A DNA stretch of 64,000 nt from Felis catus. Taxonomy: Eukaryota. The position numbers and the translations under genes are program-made. The DNA is taken from NCBI RefSeq assembly GCF_018350175.1, contig NC_058368.1, positions 135,410,001 through 135,474,000 on the forward strand, in the 5' to 3' direction. A model generated the notes under the pieces. That model saw nothing but the letters and a program-made list of their open reading frames with translations. It had not been told where the DNA came from and made no database searches. Positions 60,640 to 64,000 of this stretch are shown here, piece after piece (within the stretch, counting starts at the first letter, position 1; each line of letters begins with the position of its first letter).

Positions 60640-62232
60640 TAAAGAGCAAATATTTATACTTATTGGCTTTATTTATTAAATTGGAGGGTGGAAATGTTTA
60701 CGTTTATACCATTATTCTTCATACTTTTTTGTGTTTCTTAAATATTACCTAAATGCTAGTTACCTAAATTTCAAACAAAACTATCTACCTATATACAAAT
60801 ACATGCACAGAAATTTTCTGGAAGGAATTGAAGGAAATTATTGACAGCATTTGCCTTTGGAGAGTAGAACTGGCCCCTGGGGTGGGGGCAAGATTCAGTT
60901 TTACTGTTATAGTTTCACTATTTCACAGTTGGAAATGTACTGTTTGAATGTATACCATGGGAAAACGTTATTCTCATAATAAGGATAATTTTTCTAACAA
61001 CTTAGCAAACAGGGGCTACTTGCTAATATCTACACATGGCTTTTGTGTTAATCATGCTCTAAGTCATTACCATGTGTATTTAAGCAGGTGAGGAGCTTAA
61101 CTCCCCTTCTCAGGAAATGTGATGTTAACTCTGCAGAGGGATATGGGCCACAGACGTCATGAACTCAAGGCACATCATTGCTGCATTTCACTCTATGGGT
61201 AATATTTTATAATGCCTCCATGAAATCCCATGTATGGGATTTCATAAACCTTCACAACAGTGGAAGAAATAGTCCCACTACGTTACTTTGTGATAGTGAC
61301 CATTAATATTTGGGGCCATAGAATAGAGCCTAGTGCCGTTTCAAATTCAGAGCAATTCAATTCAATGACTGTTTATTGAATTTCTACTATGTTACAGGCT
61401 AAGGTAGAAATATGAAAAAGATAAGTTCCTGCCCTATAGGATAGAAACTTGTACTCTCTGAAGCACGATTGATCTGACTTTGCCTTCAAAACTCATCACC
61501 TAGGTTCAGCTGGTTTGGGAGCAGACACCAATCACCCATTGCTTACTCTCTTTCTTCCTTCAACCCCCAGTGAAAATAGCAAGTGTGTTCCAGGGTAACC
61601 TCCAATGTTCTCAAGGTGTGAGAAAATGTTCACACTATGTGAGCAACTCATAAAGAGTAAGCAGTTGTGCACAATGGTTAGTACTGCAATCAGATGAATC
61701 TTACAGCCAAGTTGGTCTGGCACACATTTGATGATATGCATCATCATCATCATGCAAGCTGGTAATTAAGGATAATTGGTAAGTAATTCATGTAAATTAC
61801 TGTCGATACAGTTTTGCAATTCAGCCAAGATTTCTGGGGTCAGCTAAGCGGGGTTTAGAAGAGGTTAGTCGGCCCAGCTGAAAACTCCCCAATCAGCTAA
61901 CACAGAGGAACCTTTTCATGACCAAGCAGGGCCTACCACTGTCTTTTGCTTCCCAGGAACCCCAAGCCGACAGCCGAGCCCACTCCCCCAGGGAACCCCA
62001 GCTCTGACACCTCTGAGGTTTACAATCGCACTTGGCTTCCTTCAGAGAGTGGGGTTTTCTTCCATTTTAGAAGGACAGAAGATGAACAATATCAGTTCAG
62101 ATCTCAGGCTCTGGACCAGAAATTTGTGAAAGAATAAGGAAGTAGGACTAAGTCTGCCCTCTAGCACTGAAGGGACCAGAAGTGTTTTTTCTGAGGGCCG
62201 TGACAGCAACTTAGTTTTACCGCTCCCTTCTT

Positions 62233-62446
62233 TTTTTTTTTTTTTAAGGTTTATTTATTTATTCTGAAAGAGAGAGAGAGAGCAGGGGAGGGACAGAGAG
62301 AGAGAGGGAGATGGAGGATCCCAAAAAGGCTCTGTGCCGTTAGCATGGAGCCCGATGTGGGGCTCAAACTCTCAAACAGTGAGACCATTGACCTAAGTCG
62401 AGATCAAGAATCCAACACTTAACCGACTGAGCCACCCAGGTGCCCC
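62233..62446 (-). mobile_element. Can-SINE
   Basis: polyT, body, reverse head; TSD TAC...TCCCTTCTT at 62218-62232 and 62447-62461. Confidence 0.95.
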
Positions 62447-63494
62447 TACAATTCCCTTCTTAAGGCCAGACCCACACTGGGAGAAATCATCAAGGAACAT
62501 GATTTAAAAAAAAAAAAAATTCTGCTGACTAAAGTTTCTTGCCTGAAATTCTCCTGATTAGAGAGGCATACAGACTAGTACCCTGGGAATGCAAAGGGGG
62601 CCCTCAGTCAGTCACATCTCCGTAGTTTTGTTTACTCTGCTTGCTTTCCCTTCCCCAGCTAAGGGCAGAACAGCAGTGGGAGCTCTGATGGAGGTGGGAA
62701 TCATTCGTGAGAAATCACTCCCGAGCAATGAAATGTGACAGAAAACAGGAGCCAGGACGAGGCAAAGTGGTCACTGGGTGCCTCCGCAGAAGAGAACCAA
62801 AGAGCCCAAAAGGGAGAAAAGTAACTAAAACACCCAAGTGCCCTTAAAAGAATACATTAGAGCACAGAGTCAGGAATACAATGTGATTTTTGTCTTAATC
62901 CTATGGCCCAGGCTTATCTCTCTTCTCATCTCAGTGTGTGATGAAAAACCCTGTGAGCATCATTTGCTGAACCAAGAAGAAGCCTCAGCAGACCTTGTGT
63001 CCCAGCAGTGCTGAGGCCAGGGCAGGTCCTTCAGGTAACTCAATGCTCATCTCCTACTCTCTGTTACTGTCCACACGTGGCTAATCTCTCTGCATGGGTA
63101 AAATATCCACATGTGTGCACAGGATGTGTATTCTAGGAATACACTTCAAGTGCCTAGCATCTCTGGGCTCACTGCACTGATGATGCCAAGTAATTTGCCT
63201 GTGTTTTTGATGCCTAATGGAATAACTCCAGTGACGTAGAAGTCCGGGGGAAGCCCCAAGGAAAGGAAAACCATTCTAGAAATGTTGGAAGGCATAGGTC
63301 TAGAACATTGGAAAGGCAGTAGGGAGCGGGTACAGCAAAGGGTTCAGAATAGTTGAGCTCCAATGGACAGATATGAGTGCTATCCCTATGTGAGGAAACA
63401 CCAGAACCTGTTCTGGAGACTATAGACCAGACCTAGAGTCTCCTAAGCGTAGACAGTAATGAGTCCACAGAAAACTACTAAAGATTTCTTAAAG

Positions 63495-63715
63495 AGTATT
63501 TCCAGAACAGTAGCTCTATGAGATGTTAATAGATTCAACGGTCAAATAAATTTTGGAGCCTCTAGTTCAAATAAATATAAACACATTTTCATATTACAGG
63601 ACTTCTCAGAGCCTTTGATATGTTAATATACCCTGTGGAAACCCAAGAAAGGAACAGGATATGCAATGTTTCCCAATCTCACATGATAAAATTATTTTGT
63701 GGCATGCAAACTCAC
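63495..63715. mobile_element. hAT-Charlie MITE (MER103C-like)
   Basis: 'caggacttctcagagcctttgatatgttaat..atatgcaatgtttcccaa' matches the recalled consensus. Confidence 0.5.
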
Positions 63716-64000
63716 ATTTTCTCCTCATCCTGCCCTTTTTCCCTTCCCCCATTAGAAGAGAAAGGTTTTACTCTTTCTTGCCTCAGGGGAGAAGCATGGC
63801 AGAGCTTCTTGGTGTATGTTTCCAAATCAAACAGGGTTAGAGGAAATAGAGGTTTGGGGGTTCCAAGGGTAGGGACAGTGCTCCCTGTTCCCTCCCAGCT
63901 CCCAAAGTCAGATCTTTCACTGGGGTTTCCAACCTCACCAAAGACTACATGCCCCAAGCACAGCCCTGCAGCAGCAGGGAGCCCATAGGAAAGGACTGGG

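Larger units (their letters stand above)
59620..60900 (+). mobile_element. Ancient L1ME 3' fragments interrupted by two SINEs
   Basis: 'actttggagaacaatttggca', 'ctcattcctaggtatata', 'aatggaatatcatacagctatgaaaatgaataaacta'. Confidence 0.7.

Noticed and set aside
63126..63144. Hairpin GTGTATTC-TAG-GAATACAC
   Set aside because: An 8-bp stem is within chance expectation, and terminator logic does not apply to mammalian DNA.

Overview
This window is non-coding mammalian genomic DNA from a felid (domestic cat or a close relative). The assignment rests on about 28 tRNA-derived Can-SINEs, including young SINEC_Fc-type copies, plus carnivore/felid L1 3' ends and a carnivore Tigger2-type MITE. I can support no protein-coding exon, RNA gene, CRISPR array or prokaryotic system. 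The listed ORFs trace to SINEs, L1 ORF2 remnants, microsatellites or chance. Much of the window is interspersed repeat (Can-SINE, L1, L2, MIR, ERVL/MaLR LTRs, hAT and Tigger MITEs). Family names come from my recall of consensus sequences, not from a database search. The remainder includes several repeat-free blocks dense in homeodomain, POU and AP-1 motifs that look like developmental enhancers, the best at about 56.6-57.1 kb. L1 copies are strongly biased to the + strand while SINEs are balanced, which suggests a large intron of a gene transcribed on the - strand. I did not find a new multi-gene system. The most interesting signals are atypical retrotransposition footprints: a 25-bp SINE head-only stub with a perfect 17-bp TSD, two TSD-flanked L1 pieces lacking the normal 3' end, a target site used twice (triple TSD), and closely spaced inverted SINE pairs.
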